A DNA stretch of 64,000 bases, taken from positions 345,350 to 409,349 of the forward strand of contig CAZLEV010000002.1 in assembly GCA_964558645.1 (NCBI GenBank), read 5' to 3'. This DNA is from an uncultured archaeon (lineage in GTDB: Archaea > Asgardarchaeota > Thorarchaeia > Thorarchaeales > Thorarchaeaceae). Positions 40,454-50,123 of the stretch are shown in pieces (the stretch's first letter is position 1; every line of letters begins with the position of its first letter). The notes under the pieces were generated by a model. That model searched no databases. It was not told the DNA's origin and saw only the letters and a program-made list of their open reading frames with translations. The position numbers and the translations under genes were made by a program.

Positions 40454-40932
40454 AAAGAAGCAATCCCCCTCCTTTTCTAGTTGAAGTGTGCAACAAGAAT
40501 GTCATATTACTGTCAGATACCCCTATTCATTCACAGTCTACATCTTATAGGAGAATAAATGCCCGTAGCCAGACTCAATTCTGGGCTAGGCAAGTGGGCC
40601 AGTGCAGTTGCACGGAGCTCGCGGCCGAGGACCTGAGGGAAGTCTACTTCTCGACGTTGGCAACAACATCAAGATAGGTGATGATGATCCCGCCGTGGGA
40701 AGTACTGCGGAAACCCTCGCTGTGGCCGGGAGTGATGCCCCGGTACAAGCACAGGAGGAGGACACCCGGTCAGTGGGAGGGATACCATCCCCATCCTCAC
40801 GGACGATGCCCCTGTTGACTCGGATGTCCTCTGGACGTCTGGGAGTGGTGACACTGGCAGGGGAGGGGTGGAACGCAGAAGTCTCTTACAGGTGACGTTC
40901 ACTCACCAGATTGTAAGACACGGATTATCTAG
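40448..40932 (+). mobile_element. ORF-less 479-bp insertion element (long copy) bounded by ATCTAG direct repeats
   Basis: ATCTAG at 40448-40453 and 40927-40932; both ends align without gaps to the insertion at 59063-59245; removing it leaves rpl38e and the convergent gene 2 bp apart. Confidence 0.7.
40566..40918 (+). ncRNA. Large structured RNA of unassigned class inside the insertion element
   Basis: GNRA hairpins GTTG-GCAA-CAAC (40656-40667) and AGTG-GTGA-CACT (40844-40855); long stem GAGGACACCCGGTCAGTGGG/CCTGTTGACTCGGATGTCCTC (40758-40831); long-range ACCTG/CAGGT and ACTTC/GAAGT; GC-rich with G-U pairs on the plus strand. Confidence 0.6.
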
Positions 40933-40934
40933 CG

Positions 40935-42200
40935 TTAAATCTCCACGGTTTCATCAGTTTCGGGGACATGAGCAGTTCTGCCTTTCTTTGTGAGTTTCTC
41001 CTGAAGTGCATCAGCTGATTCCGACTCACCGTGTACAATATGGAACTCAGGCTCGCCGGGGATTTTCATGAGCAAGTCCAAGAGACCCTCTGAGTCAGAG
41101 TGGCTACTCAGATGATGATACATGATCTGAGCCTTCACGTCGTACTCTCTATTGCGGATAGTGACCTTTTTCTTCTCGAGAAGTTCTGCACCGGGTGTTC
41201 CAGGAATCTGATAGCTCACCAGCACAATGGCATTGTTAGGATTATCATGCACATCCAAGAAATACCTGTGTGATGCACCACCCTTGAGCATGCCTGCAGG
41301 TGAGATGATGATGCCATTGGACTGTGCGGCCATCTTACGGTCCTTGTTGGTCCGAATAGTCCGAGTCCTCTGCATCGCCTGCTTGAATGCCTTTGGCGAG
41401 CCTATGTAGTTCGGATGCTTCAAGATTATCTCATTCACTTTGCGGGCCATTCCATCAACATAGATAGGGTACTCTTTCGGAATGTCATACTGCTCAAGGA
41501 TACACATGATTTCTTGGCTACGACCCACAGCAAACGCTGGAATCAAGACTGTGCCACCTCGTTCTAGGGTTTCGAGAACTGTATCAACGAGAGCATGTTC
41601 GATTTCTTCTCGGTCCGGGTTTCGTCTTCTGGCATATGTGCTCTCAGTGACGACCACGTCGTGCTTTGGCAAATTCTTCCTCGCACCGGAACAGAGTCTT
41701 GATTCGTTTCCATTGAAATCGCCAGTGAATAGCACTCTCTTTCCATTCACTCTAACCGATACCATAGCGCTTCCAGGAATGTGGCCTGCATTGAAGAGCG
41801 TTATCTCAAAACTGCGGCCCAGTGGAAAGGTTTCTTCGTAGGGTGTATGGTTGTACTGCCGCCTCAGGCGGGTTATGTCTTTTCGGGTGAATGGAAGACG
41901 ACCTTTAGAGATATGATACATGTCACGAAGAAGGAGCATCGTAAGATCACGAGTTGCAGGAGTGCAAAAGAGTTGAACGTCAGGATTTTTCAGGATGATT
42001 GGGACGCCGCCCGAATGATCAAGATGTGCATGAGTGATTGCAACGCCCTGTAGGTCATGAGTTGGTACAGTGGCAGGAAAAGCTGGGGGGTTCTGGAATT
42101 TGACGCCGTAATCTACGAGCATGGATTCTCCGTTTTCTTCGATAAGGAATCCTGAGCGTCCAATCTCTCTACAGGAACCCAGAAATGTCAATTTTGTCAT
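40935..42200 (-). CDS. MBL-fold beta-CASP ribonuclease (aCPSF2-like)
   Basis: THAHLDH, AGHIPG, FTGD, SSHSD, VHGE. Confidence 0.9.
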   Translation of the reverse strand: MTKLTFLGSCREIGRSGFLIEENGESMLVDYGVKFQNPPAFPATVPTHDLQGVAITHAHLDHSGGVPIILKNPDVQLFCTPATRDLTMLLLRDMYHISKGRLPFTRKDITRLRRQYNHTPYEETFPLGRSFEITLFNAGHIPGSAMVSVRVNGKRVLFTGDFNGNESRLCSGARKNLPKHDVVVTESTYARRRNPDREEIEHALVDTVLETLERGGTVLIPAFAVGRSQEIMCILEQYDIPKEYPIYVDGMARKVNEIILKHPNYIGSPKAFKQAMQRTRTIRTNKDRKMAAQSNGIIISPAGMLKGGASHRYFLDVHDNPNNAIVLVSYQIPGTPGAELLEKKKVTIRNREYDVKAQIMYHHLSSHSDSEGLLDLLMKIPGEPEFHIVHGESESADALQEKLTKKGRTAHVPETDETVEI

Positions 42201-42388
42201 CTATTCTACTTCCAAGGACAAGGCCGCGGGGTTCTGAAGAAAAGGTTTGCGAAACAGTACATTACGCATCTATCGAAAACTGTGCGAGTCTTTCTCCTTC
42301 ATATTTGCCAACATAAACGAAATCAATATTAGAACCACCACACCCTATCAATCAGTCATACATAGCAACGACTGCGGAGAGAGCTTGG

Positions 42389-42697
42389 GTGACGGAGGAA
42401 AAATCCGGGAGCAGACCAAGAAAGAAACACAGCGAATCTACGATTCTCGTCGGGTCCAAGAACGTAATGTCCTACGTACTGGCGTGCAAAACGCTATTCG
42501 ACAAGGGTGCATCTGAAGTCTCAATCAAGGCGAGGGGACGGCTGGTGAGTAGAGCAGTAGACGTGGCAGAGATCACGCGGCACAGATTCATGCCTGACCT
42601 TGAGGTGAAGGACATCATAATCGGCACTACTACGGTGAAGACAGACAAAGGTAGCGACCTGAACGTTTCTACCATCAACATCATTCTAGCAAAGTAG
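42389..42697 (+). CDS. albA: DNA/RNA-binding protein Alba
   Basis: [25 protein letters not shown]. Confidence 0.93.
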   Translation: MTEEKSGSRPRKKHSESTILVGSKNVMSYVLACKTLFDKGASEVSIKARGRLVSRAVDVAEITRHRFMPDLEVKDIIIGTTTVKTDKGSDLNVSTINIILAK

Positions 42698-42766
42698 TAA
42701 ACAGAACGTTCATATGGTACTCGACACGAACTAGTTGTGTCCAGAGCTTGGGCGAGGTTTCATTTC

Positions 42767-43351
42767 ATGCGTTTACCTGTCTGTATATTTGATTTAGAGT
42801 CTGATATGCTATGCCCAAACTGTCAGAATAGGCTGGAAACTGGACAGATAACTCAATTTGATGTTGATTTTTCAAAATGGCTTCTGAGCGAGTCGGATGA
42901 GCATCCATCTCTGAGAGATCTGAGTTTACGAAGAGCTGTTAAGGCGGGACCACGTGTTGTACTGGTTGTCAAGAAGGAGAGGGACAAGGCTATTCTGGAG
43001 TCAGCAGAAGGTCTACTGGATCAGATAGCTGACCTCTACGGGAAGCCGCTGATACTTACAGGACCAGTCAAGCTGCGTCGCGTGATAAGAACGCTCATAG
43101 ATCCTGTCATCGAAGTGGGTGTGAACAGTCTTTATCTGCCTGATGGAACTCGAGAGAGTATCGTAATGCTCCGACCGGAAGACCGGAAGAGAATAGATTA
43201 CACTCCAAATGAATTGAGAATCATTGCATCGGCCGTCATAGGAGAAAGTGTCCTCTTCGAGTTCCAAGAGAAAGAGCAAGATAAAGAAGAGCAAGAAGAC
43301 GCCTTTGACGAGAAGATGAGAGAGTTCAGTTCCCGACGGAGAACCCGATAG
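42767..43351 (+). CDS. Archaeal NusA-like protein with N-terminal Zn-binding motif
   Basis: MRLPVCIFDLESDMLCPNC N-terminus of the archaeal NusA-paralog family; next to alba. Confidence 0.6.
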   Translation: MRLPVCIFDLESDMLCPNCQNRLETGQITQFDVDFSKWLLSESDEHPSLRDLSLRRAVKAGPRVVLVVKKERDKAILESAEGLLDQIADLYGKPLILTGPVKLRRVIRTLIDPVIEVGVNSLYLPDGTRESIVMLRPEDRKRIDYTPNELRIIASAVIGESVLFEFQEKEQDKEEQEDAFDEKMREFSSRRRTR

Positions 43352-43357
43352 GAGACC

Positions 43358-44716
43358 TCACACCCTTTCTATGGGATGATTCTTCATTATCTCCCTGAGT
43401 ACCACGGTGGCATAGCACCCCTTCCGCAACCTGAACCTCAACTGCAGGCCCCTGTCCATAGACTTAGCTTCCAGATCTGGAACAGAGATTGATATCAGAT
43501 GAAGACCTCCTGCAGAATCGATTGCTCTCGAGTTCTCGTTTCTGAAGTCAAGAAGAGTGATACCCTCATCATCAAGAATTGAACGGAGTGCTTCCGTCTG
43601 AGAGGTGGGGGGCATCTTCGTGGCATAGCCCGGTACAGGAGCTGCAATGCCAAATCGGTCCGTCTCCACCAGTCTGGTCCTTTCGTCTAGATTCTTCTCA
43701 GTAACGTACAGCCATGAATCGCGACCAGAATGAGGTTCATCCAGTTGTATCAGGAAGTCTCCAGGGATAGGCGAATCCAGGGGTAGTCTGTCCTCATGTC
43801 GTCTGCTAATAAGGCGGTTGAAGAGGTAGGATTGATAGGCATGAACAAAGAGAGTCCGAATTCGTGGAGGTATCTGTCTGAAAGCTCGTTCATACTCGCC
43901 AGGATTCTTCGTGAGAAAGCGTGCGATGTCCTTCTCATATCTCAATCCATTAGGGAGGGCTTCAACGACTGACTCGTCAAAAACAAGCTCTTCCGCGAGC
44001 TGTTTCCGAATTAGAGTGGTATTCTCATCTTCATATTGACTCAGAGTGGTAAGCATGATACGAACTGCCCCTTCAAAATCACCTGTTACAGCAGCCTTTC
44101 CGACCAAGTGAGTATAGGGGCGGACTACACCGAATCGCTGTTCACCGAAGTAGTTGAGGAGAGTGGTCGTCCGCACTGCCTCTGCGGCATCTAGAGCAGT
44201 CTCCGCAGATTCTATCTCCTGGAGATATATTGAGAAACGGTTACCCCAAAGATCCCCAATACGCACCGGCTCGGGATTGTAGCATATATCCCTTAGGCAT
44301 ATATGATACAGCTGTAACTGGTTGAGTTCAGCAGCAGACTTTGCAGGTACTGACATTGCCTGTGTGGTTATTGCCCTCTTGTCCTTAAGTCCGGCATACG
44401 AAACTAGATGCCGTGAAATACCAAGTTCTGCCGCGATTATGTTCGCCACATCGAGAGTGGTGAGACCCATCTTCTGTACAACAAATCGTACATACTTTGC
44501 TGGTTCTCCTGAAATGGAAAGAGTTTCTTCTGTCGGTCGTTTATTGCTGTCTGACCACGCTCCTATCTGAAGAACTCTACCGGCAGGAGTGATCTCTTCG
44601 ACCAGAAAATCTTCGAAACGTGCTTTCAGACGTCCTCCCACACCTTGTACATTTGTAGAGTAGTACTCCATGCCAAGACTGCTTTCCAAAGGATAGGTGC
44701 TACGCATCAGCATCAC
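43358..44716 (-). CDS. truD: tRNA pseudouridine(13) synthase
   Basis: YAGLKDKRAITTQ, GNRF, NYFGEQRFG, GCYATVVLRE. Confidence 0.95.
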   Translation of the reverse strand: MMLMRSTYPLESSLGMEYYSTNVQGVGGRLKARFEDFLVEEITPAGRVLQIGAWSDSNKRPTEETLSISGEPAKYVRFVVQKMGLTTLDVANIIAAELGISRHLVSYAGLKDKRAITTQAMSVPAKSAAELNQLQLYHICLRDICYNPEPVRIGDLWGNRFSIYLQEIESAETALDAAEAVRTTTLLNYFGEQRFGVVRPYTHLVGKAAVTGDFEGAVRIMLTTLSQYEDENTTLIRKQLAEELVFDESVVEALPNGLRYEKDIARFLTKNPGEYERAFRQIPPRIRTLFVHAYQSYLFNRLISRRHEDRLPLDSPIPGDFLIQLDEPHSGRDSWLYVTEKNLDERTRLVETDRFGIAAPVPGYATKMPPTSQTEALRSILDDEGITLLDFRNENSRAIDSAGGLHLISISVPDLEAKSMDRGLQLRFRLRKGCYATVVLREIMKNHPIERV

Positions 44717-44717
44717 A

Positions 44718-45086
44718 TCAGAGTAGCTTCAGGTCACCTGTGATTTTATCGACTTCATTTGACCTCGCGGGGCCTATGCCAATCACAGTGGTAGTGCCAG
44801 GTGCAAGTTCGGTCATACCGGCATCTCGAATCACAGCCCGAGGAAGCCCTTCAGCAATGGCCCTTCGTTCCAGATCTAATATGGCCTCCTCAGAGTCAAC
44901 CTTGACAACCACTTTCTTTTGGCCCTCTTCCATCCATGCACGCCAGACCTCATGCCGACCTGATCTGGCCTTCTCGGCGGCGCTCACTGCACCATGAGCG
45001 ACCTGTACTGCAATCTTACCTCGCGTCATGCTAAGATCAGTCCTGACAGCTATCACTTGTTTGAAGGCAAAGGATCTACTGGTCAA
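44718..45086 (-). CDS. pth2: Peptidyl-tRNA hydrolase Pth2
   Basis: KQVIAVRTDL, GKIAVQVAH, DAGMTE. Confidence 0.95.
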   Translation of the reverse strand: MTSRSFAFKQVIAVRTDLSMTRGKIAVQVAHGAVSAAEKARSGRHEVWRAWMEEGQKKVVVKVDSEEAILDLERRAIAEGLPRAVIRDAGMTELAPGTTTVIGIGPARSNEVDKITGDLKLL

Positions 45087-45165
45087 TCATAATCAACTCC
45101 ACAGGTTCCTCACGAAACCCAACCCGGGCCACAGATAAAAAGGATGGTATGTGTGTGGAGAAGAG

Positions 45166-46371
45166 ATGGTTTCGTTGAAGTATGACGCTATTGTTGTTGG
45201 TGCCGGTCCCGCTGGGCTTCTCTCAGCCGGTACCATTGCACACAGAGGGTTCGACGTTGCCGTCTTTGAAGAGCATGGAACTGTCGGAAAGCCGGTTCAT
45301 TGTGCGGGTCTGTTGAGTACCTCAGGACTCAAGACTTTGGGGTTGAATCCACCAGATCATGTCATTCAGAATCAGGTGAAGGGAGCAAGAATATACTCGC
45401 CTTCATGTGATAGTATCGAGATTCAACGCGGAAAGAGGGAGGCCCTTGTGGTTGACAGAGGTTCCTTCGATAGATGGTTGGCCGAGAGAGCAAGAGATGA
45501 AGGAGCTACGATTATCACTGACTCCAAGGTCGAAAGCGCGTCTATCACCGAAACAGGAGTTGAGTTACGTTTTCAACAGAGCAGACCGATTGCGAGGGGG
45601 GAATTGATAGTGAATGCAGAGGGGAGCAGATGTCAGATTTCGCATAGTCTTGGGCTTCCAGTGGTCCCTCGCACATCGAAACTTCCTGCATATCAATACG
45701 AGATGAACAACGTTGATGTAGATGAGGAACAAGTTGAGATGTTCTATGGGAGACAACTTGCCCTGGGCTTCTTTGCATGGATTATTCCGATTGGCAACCG
45801 ACGTGCACGAGTAGGTCTTGCATCGTACGATAGGACGATGACTAGGCTGCGAGGGGCCATGAAACACCACCCAGTCTTGTCAAGAAGACTAGAGAAGGCA
45901 TCAATTGAGAAGGGATTTGGAGGAATTGTTCTGGTGGGGACCCCCATAGAGAGGACCTATACGACAAAAGCAGTTGTAGTGGGAGATGCAGCAGGTCACG
46001 TCAAGGCAACCACCGGTGGAGGAGTGATACTTGGTGGTCAGGCTGCGAAGATAGCGGGTGAAACGGTAGCAGAATCCCTTGAAAACGGCGATCATTCAGG
46101 CAAATTTCTTGCACGGTATGAAGCCCTCTGGAGAGAGGAGCTGGGCTCAGAGTTTCTGACCATGTGGCTTGCGCAGAAGACCCTTACCTCGCTATCCGAC
46201 AAAGGCCTAGATAGACTGGTTGTCGGGGCAAGAAACATGCACCTAGAGAACATCATCGGAAAAAAGGGCGACATGGATAGACAGGCAAGAGTCATTCGGT
46301 CCTTGTTGCGGGAACCTCGGATGCTTCTTCTTGGGTTCGATGTCATCCGTTTCTTAAGCCCTCTATTTTGA
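45166..46371 (+). CDS. Geranylgeranyl reductase family flavoprotein
   Basis: GAGPAG, HCAG, AWIIP, GDAAGHVKATTGGG. Confidence 0.88.
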   Translation: MVSLKYDAIVVGAGPAGLLSAGTIAHRGFDVAVFEEHGTVGKPVHCAGLLSTSGLKTLGLNPPDHVIQNQVKGARIYSPSCDSIEIQRGKREALVVDRGSFDRWLAERARDEGATIITDSKVESASITETGVELRFQQSRPIARGELIVNAEGSRCQISHSLGLPVVPRTSKLPAYQYEMNNVDVDEEQVEMFYGRQLALGFFAWIIPIGNRRARVGLASYDRTMTRLRGAMKHHPVLSRRLEKASIEKGFGGIVLVGTPIERTYTTKAVVVGDAAGHVKATTGGGVILGGQAAKIAGETVAESLENGDHSGKFLARYEALWREELGSEFLTMWLAQKTLTSLSDKGLDRLVVGARNMHLENIIGKKGDMDRQARVIRSLLREPRMLLLGFDVIRFLSPLF

Positions 46372-46400
46372 TGCGATAGAACACTATTTTTAGGAACACG

Positions 46401-47807
46401 ATGATGACTGTATCCCTGAAGAGTGCCCCCATGTCGAATGAGCATAAGTATGTGTTACTAGAGAAGGCAATCAGTGTTCTAGAAGACCACGTGCTTTGTG
46501 ACCGTTGCTTGGGGCGGCTTTTCGCCTGGTTGAGTACTGCTACAACGAATCCCGAACGAGGAGCCTCGCTCAAACTCGTTCTCTCCATGATTGCGAGCCG
46601 TGAGCTGAAAGCAGGAAACCGTGAGGAGGGAATCAGACTGCTTCGACACCTTGGCGAGAATGGGCTATCAAAACAGGCTAGAGCACTTGCAGTGAAAGAG
46701 GGCATACCCGTCGGTGCATCTGGTGACTGTGAGATCTGCAATACCGATGGAAGTAGTATCTTCCGGATGATTCCGGCCATCGCCGGCAGGATCTTGGAAT
46801 TGGCCGCCGGGGCCGAGTACGAGACCCTGCTGGTTGGAAGCGTACCAATAGCAAGAATGGCAGAGAGGGAAGAAGAGATTCGAGGAAAATTCGATCTCCT
46901 CTATGGAGAACCATTGAAGTCTGAATTCAACCGGGTGCTGGGCAAAGAGATACTCGACAGAACCGGCAAGAAAACGGACTTTGAAACGCCTGACATTGTC
47001 TTCATATATGATATGGAAAAAGATGATGTCTCCCTCCAGATCAATCCGGTGTTCATCTATGGCCGATACCGGAAACTGCAGCGAGGAATACCGCAGAGTA
47101 GATGGGATTGCAGCGAGTGCAGAGGGAAGGGCTGCGAGGTCTGCAACGGAACCGGCCGTAGATACCAAGACTCAGTTTCTGAATATATTGGGGAACCCCT
47201 TCAAGAGATGGCAAAGGGCACGAGGTTCAAGTTTCATGCAGCGGGAAGAGAGGATATCGATGCGCTGATGATAGGGGCAGGTAGGCCATTTGTGTTGGAG
47301 ATTTCAGAGCCGAAGGTGCGACAGCTTGACCTAGATGAGGCAACACGGAGAGTCAATGAGCTGAGCAAGGGGAAGGTGGAGGTGCAGGGCTTAGAGATGA
47401 CTGAGAAGAGCCGCGCTCAAAATTTGAAGGCGGAATCGTCGAAGAATATCAAGGAGTATCGAGCACTCATCGCCATTGAAGGTAGAGTGTCGAAAGAAGA
47501 TTTGAATCGGGCAGCGGATGCACTCTCAGATATAAGCATTCAGCAAAGAACCCCAAGACGCGTTGCACATAGAAGAAGTGATAGAGTCAGGGAGAAACAG
47601 GTCTATGAAGTCAGACTGACTCAGGTCGATAAAGAAACTGTGGAAGGGTACTTTCGTGTTCAGGGAGGCACCTACATAAAGGAACTCATATCGGGTGATG
47701 AGGGGAGAACGAAGCCTTCAATAGCAGGTGTTCTTGGAGTCAATACAGTCTGCAAGGAACTCAATGTGACAGCCATCCATTCATTGGATGCACACCATAA
47801 TGCTTAA
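46401..47807 (+). CDS. pus10: tRNA pseudouridine(54/55) synthase Pus10
   Basis: LCDRCLGR, GRYRKLQRGIPQ, AGREDID, GTYIKELISGD. Confidence 0.95.
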   Translation: MMTVSLKSAPMSNEHKYVLLEKAISVLEDHVLCDRCLGRLFAWLSTATTNPERGASLKLVLSMIASRELKAGNREEGIRLLRHLGENGLSKQARALAVKEGIPVGASGDCEICNTDGSSIFRMIPAIAGRILELAAGAEYETLLVGSVPIARMAEREEEIRGKFDLLYGEPLKSEFNRVLGKEILDRTGKKTDFETPDIVFIYDMEKDDVSLQINPVFIYGRYRKLQRGIPQSRWDCSECRGKGCEVCNGTGRRYQDSVSEYIGEPLQEMAKGTRFKFHAAGREDIDALMIGAGRPFVLEISEPKVRQLDLDEATRRVNELSKGKVEVQGLEMTEKSRAQNLKAESSKNIKEYRALIAIEGRVSKEDLNRAADALSDISIQQRTPRRVAHRRSDRVREKQVYEVRLTQVDKETVEGYFRVQGGTYIKELISGDEGRTKPSIAGVLGVNTVCKELNVTAIHSLDAHHNA

Positions 47808-47898
47808 GTGGCGACTCCGGGGGTTTTGCTGGACCTCAGATATGCCGCTCTATATTGCATCCTGCAGCACGATGAAGAAAGTTCGAGGTTGATGCCCC

Positions 47899-48195
47899 AT
47901 GGTCAAAAAAAGTCACGGATACAGAGCACGAACACGTAGTCTCATGACTAAGAAGGTACGGAAACGTGGACTACGCCCACTTAGTCAAGTGCTTGTTGAT
48001 TATAAAATGGGAGACAAAGTCGATATCATCATCGACCCCGGCTTCCACAAGGGGATGCCTCACAGGCGTTATCATGGGAGAACCGGTACTGTATCTGGTA
48101 TCCGTGGACGCGCAGTACAAGTCAAAGTGTCTCTTGGCAAGGCTGTTAAGAATCTTATAATCCGACCTGAGCATCTCAGACCAAGCAGAGGTTGA
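47899..48195 (+). CDS. rpl21e: 50S ribosomal protein eL21
   Basis: SHGYRARTR, KGMPHRRYHGRTG. Confidence 0.97.
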   Translation: MVKKSHGYRARTRSLMTKKVRKRGLRPLSQVLVDYKMGDKVDIIIDPGFHKGMPHRRYHGRTGTVSGIRGRAVQVKVSLGKAVKNLIIRPEHLRPSRG

Positions 48196-48205
48196 GTGGT
48201 AGAAT

Positions 48206-48541
48206 ATGCCGAAGAAGGTCATCAGTGAAGAAGAGGTTTCATTGCCTCAGGTTAAGAAGATCCTTAGTAAACGCTCCAAGGATGGAGAGTTGTCCTTTCA
48301 GCAGACAATAACATTGGAACATGCGAACATGTTCTCAAGGATGGCTCCATCTGTATCCATAAAGACCGTGGAGCGTTTGATGAAGAATTATGATCTCTCC
48401 AGAGCACAAGCAGTTCAAATTGTGAACATCGCTCCCACTACAGAAGAGGAGATGAAGACGGTATTGGATACTCGCAAGACAGACCTCACCGAAGACCAGA
48501 TAGCAGAGATAGTTGAGATCATCCAGAAGGCACGCTCATAG
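48206..48541 (+). CDS. rpoF: RNA polymerase subunit Rpo4 (RpoF)
   Basis: ELSFQQ, AVQIVNIAP; conserved position after rpl21e. Confidence 0.9.
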   Translation: MPKKVISEEEVSLPQVKKILSKRSKDGELSFQQTITLEHANMFSRMAPSVSIKTVERLMKNYDLSRAQAVQIVNIAPTTEEEMKTVLDTRKTDLTEDQIAEIVEIIQKARS

Positions 48542-48654
48542 AGGATAAGGAGAACACAGAAACGTTCTCGGTCTTCTTCTTGCCCGATTCATTTTTATCA
48601 TAAGGCTGTTCATTCAAATCTAATGCGGTTATACAACGCCAGGAGAACAACAGG

Positions 48655-49251
48655 ATGGAGAATCATCAGGGTAGAATGTACGAGAGTCACGCATATATCC
48701 TGGCAGTGATACCGCCGAAGATGTATCTCAGAGACTCTCGACCTCACAGCGGAACTCTTGTCCAAGCTATAGGTGAGAGCTATTTCACACTCCTCGAACT
48801 CGTCCCGCAGAAGAACGTGACTCTGAACCCCCAGGAGAGAGTCTCTATCGAAAAGAGCGCTCGTGGCAAGATCGATCATGTTCAAAGACGAATCGCCTAT
48901 GAGGATTTAGCTGCAGAGAGTGAAGCTGAACTGCCTCTTGTTGTCGAGATTATCGTCACGAAACGTGAGCAAAACTACGTTCGCTTCTTCAACGAGGCCA
49001 AGCCAATTACAACTAGGATGCACTCGCTTCAACTCCTTCCCGGAATAGGCCAGACCATCATGTGGGCGATTCTGGAGGAGAGAAAGAGGGAGCCATTCAA
49101 GAGCTTTGATGATATCGCCGAGAGAACAAAGCTGCAGAATCCAAAGAAAGTTGTCACTGGACGAATCATTGAAGAGCTCCAGGGCGATGTCAAGCGTTGG
49201 CTCTTCGTGCGCCCTCCACCACAAGACAGCGACAGAAGCCGTTCTAGGTGA
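48655..49251 (+). CDS. DUF655 domain protein
   Basis: QAIGESYFTLLE, RMHSLQLLPGIG; conserved gene order. Confidence 0.9.
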   Translation: MENHQGRMYESHAYILAVIPPKMYLRDSRPHSGTLVQAIGESYFTLLELVPQKNVTLNPQERVSIEKSARGKIDHVQRRIAYEDLAAESEAELPLVVEIIVTKREQNYVRFFNEAKPITTRMHSLQLLPGIGQTIMWAILEERKREPFKSFDDIAERTKLQNPKKVVTGRIIEELQGDVKRWLFVRPPPQDSDRSRSR

Positions 49252-50123
49252 GACCTCTGAATAGGCACAGCATCAGGTCTGAATTGAACAAGTATGGAGT
49301 GAGGCCCAAGAAGAGCTTGGGGCAGAGTTTCCTTATTGACAGCCGAATCGCCCAGAGAATCGTCGATGCAGCGGAGATAACTCATGATGAATCTGTACTA
49401 GAGATAGGTGGCGGTCTTGGAATTCTCACTGAGTTACTGGTCACTAAAGCAAAGAGGGTCTATGTGGTTGAGATTGACAGGAATCTAGCACTTGCCCTTA
49501 CAGAGAGACTCGGAGATGCTGACGAACTCTCTATTATACATGGAGACGTTCTGAAGATTGATCTGCCCGATGTATCGAAAGTGGTTTCAAACCTTCCATT
49601 CAGTATTTCTTCTCCCATCACTTTCAGGATATTGCGAGAACTGAAACCCAAAGTTTCTATTCTAACATATCAGAAGGAATTCGCACAGCGACTAATAGCG
49701 GAACCAGGGTCGAAAGAGTATTCACGTCTCACAATCACGGTGAACTACCTCGCCGAAGTAGAACCTCTGTTTGAGGTGCCGTCAGATTCATTCTATCCGA
49801 AACCTGCAGTTGACTCACTTGTCGTCAGGATGATTCCTCGAGAGATTGGCCCGAAAGCGAAAGACAACAGGGTCTTCTATTGGATGATACGAGGGCTCTA
49901 TTCATATCCAAACAAACAGCTAAGACGAGCATTGCGAATCTGGTTGAAGAACATAGGAATGAAAAGAGAGATGGCCGATGATATTCTTGAGTCAGTGGAA
50001 CAGGTTGATAGTAAGGCACGACTAAGAAACCTCACTATCAATGAACTGGTGAGCTTATCAGACCGAATCACCTCTCTGATTGAAGAGGGAATAATACCTC
50101 ACCCTGAGGAAGCAAAGATATGA
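49248..50123 (+). CDS. rsmA: 16S rRNA dimethyladenosine transferase
   Basis: KKSLGQSFL, LEIGGGLG, SNLPF. Confidence 0.94.
   Translation: MRPLNRHSIRSELNKYGVRPKKSLGQSFLIDSRIAQRIVDAAEITHDESVLEIGGGLGILTELLVTKAKRVYVVEIDRNLALALTERLGDADELSIIHGDVLKIDLPDVSKVVSNLPFSISSPITFRILRELKPKVSILTYQKEFAQRLIAEPGSKEYSRLTITVNYLAEVEPLFEVPSDSFYPKPAVDSLVVRMIPREIGPKAKDNRVFYWMIRGLYSYPNKQLRRALRIWLKNIGMKREMADDILESVEQVDSKARLRNLTINELVSLSDRITSLIEEGIIPHPEEAKI

Noticed and set aside
40631-40893. Confident RNase P RNA or SRP RNA call
   Set aside because: P4 cannot pair canonically, the SRP helix 8 motif is absent, and the flanking repeats point to an insertion.
40602-40895. 97-aa ORF (and antisense 77-aa ORF) inside the element
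   Set aside because: No recognisable motif or SD; the sequence is better explained by RNA structure.
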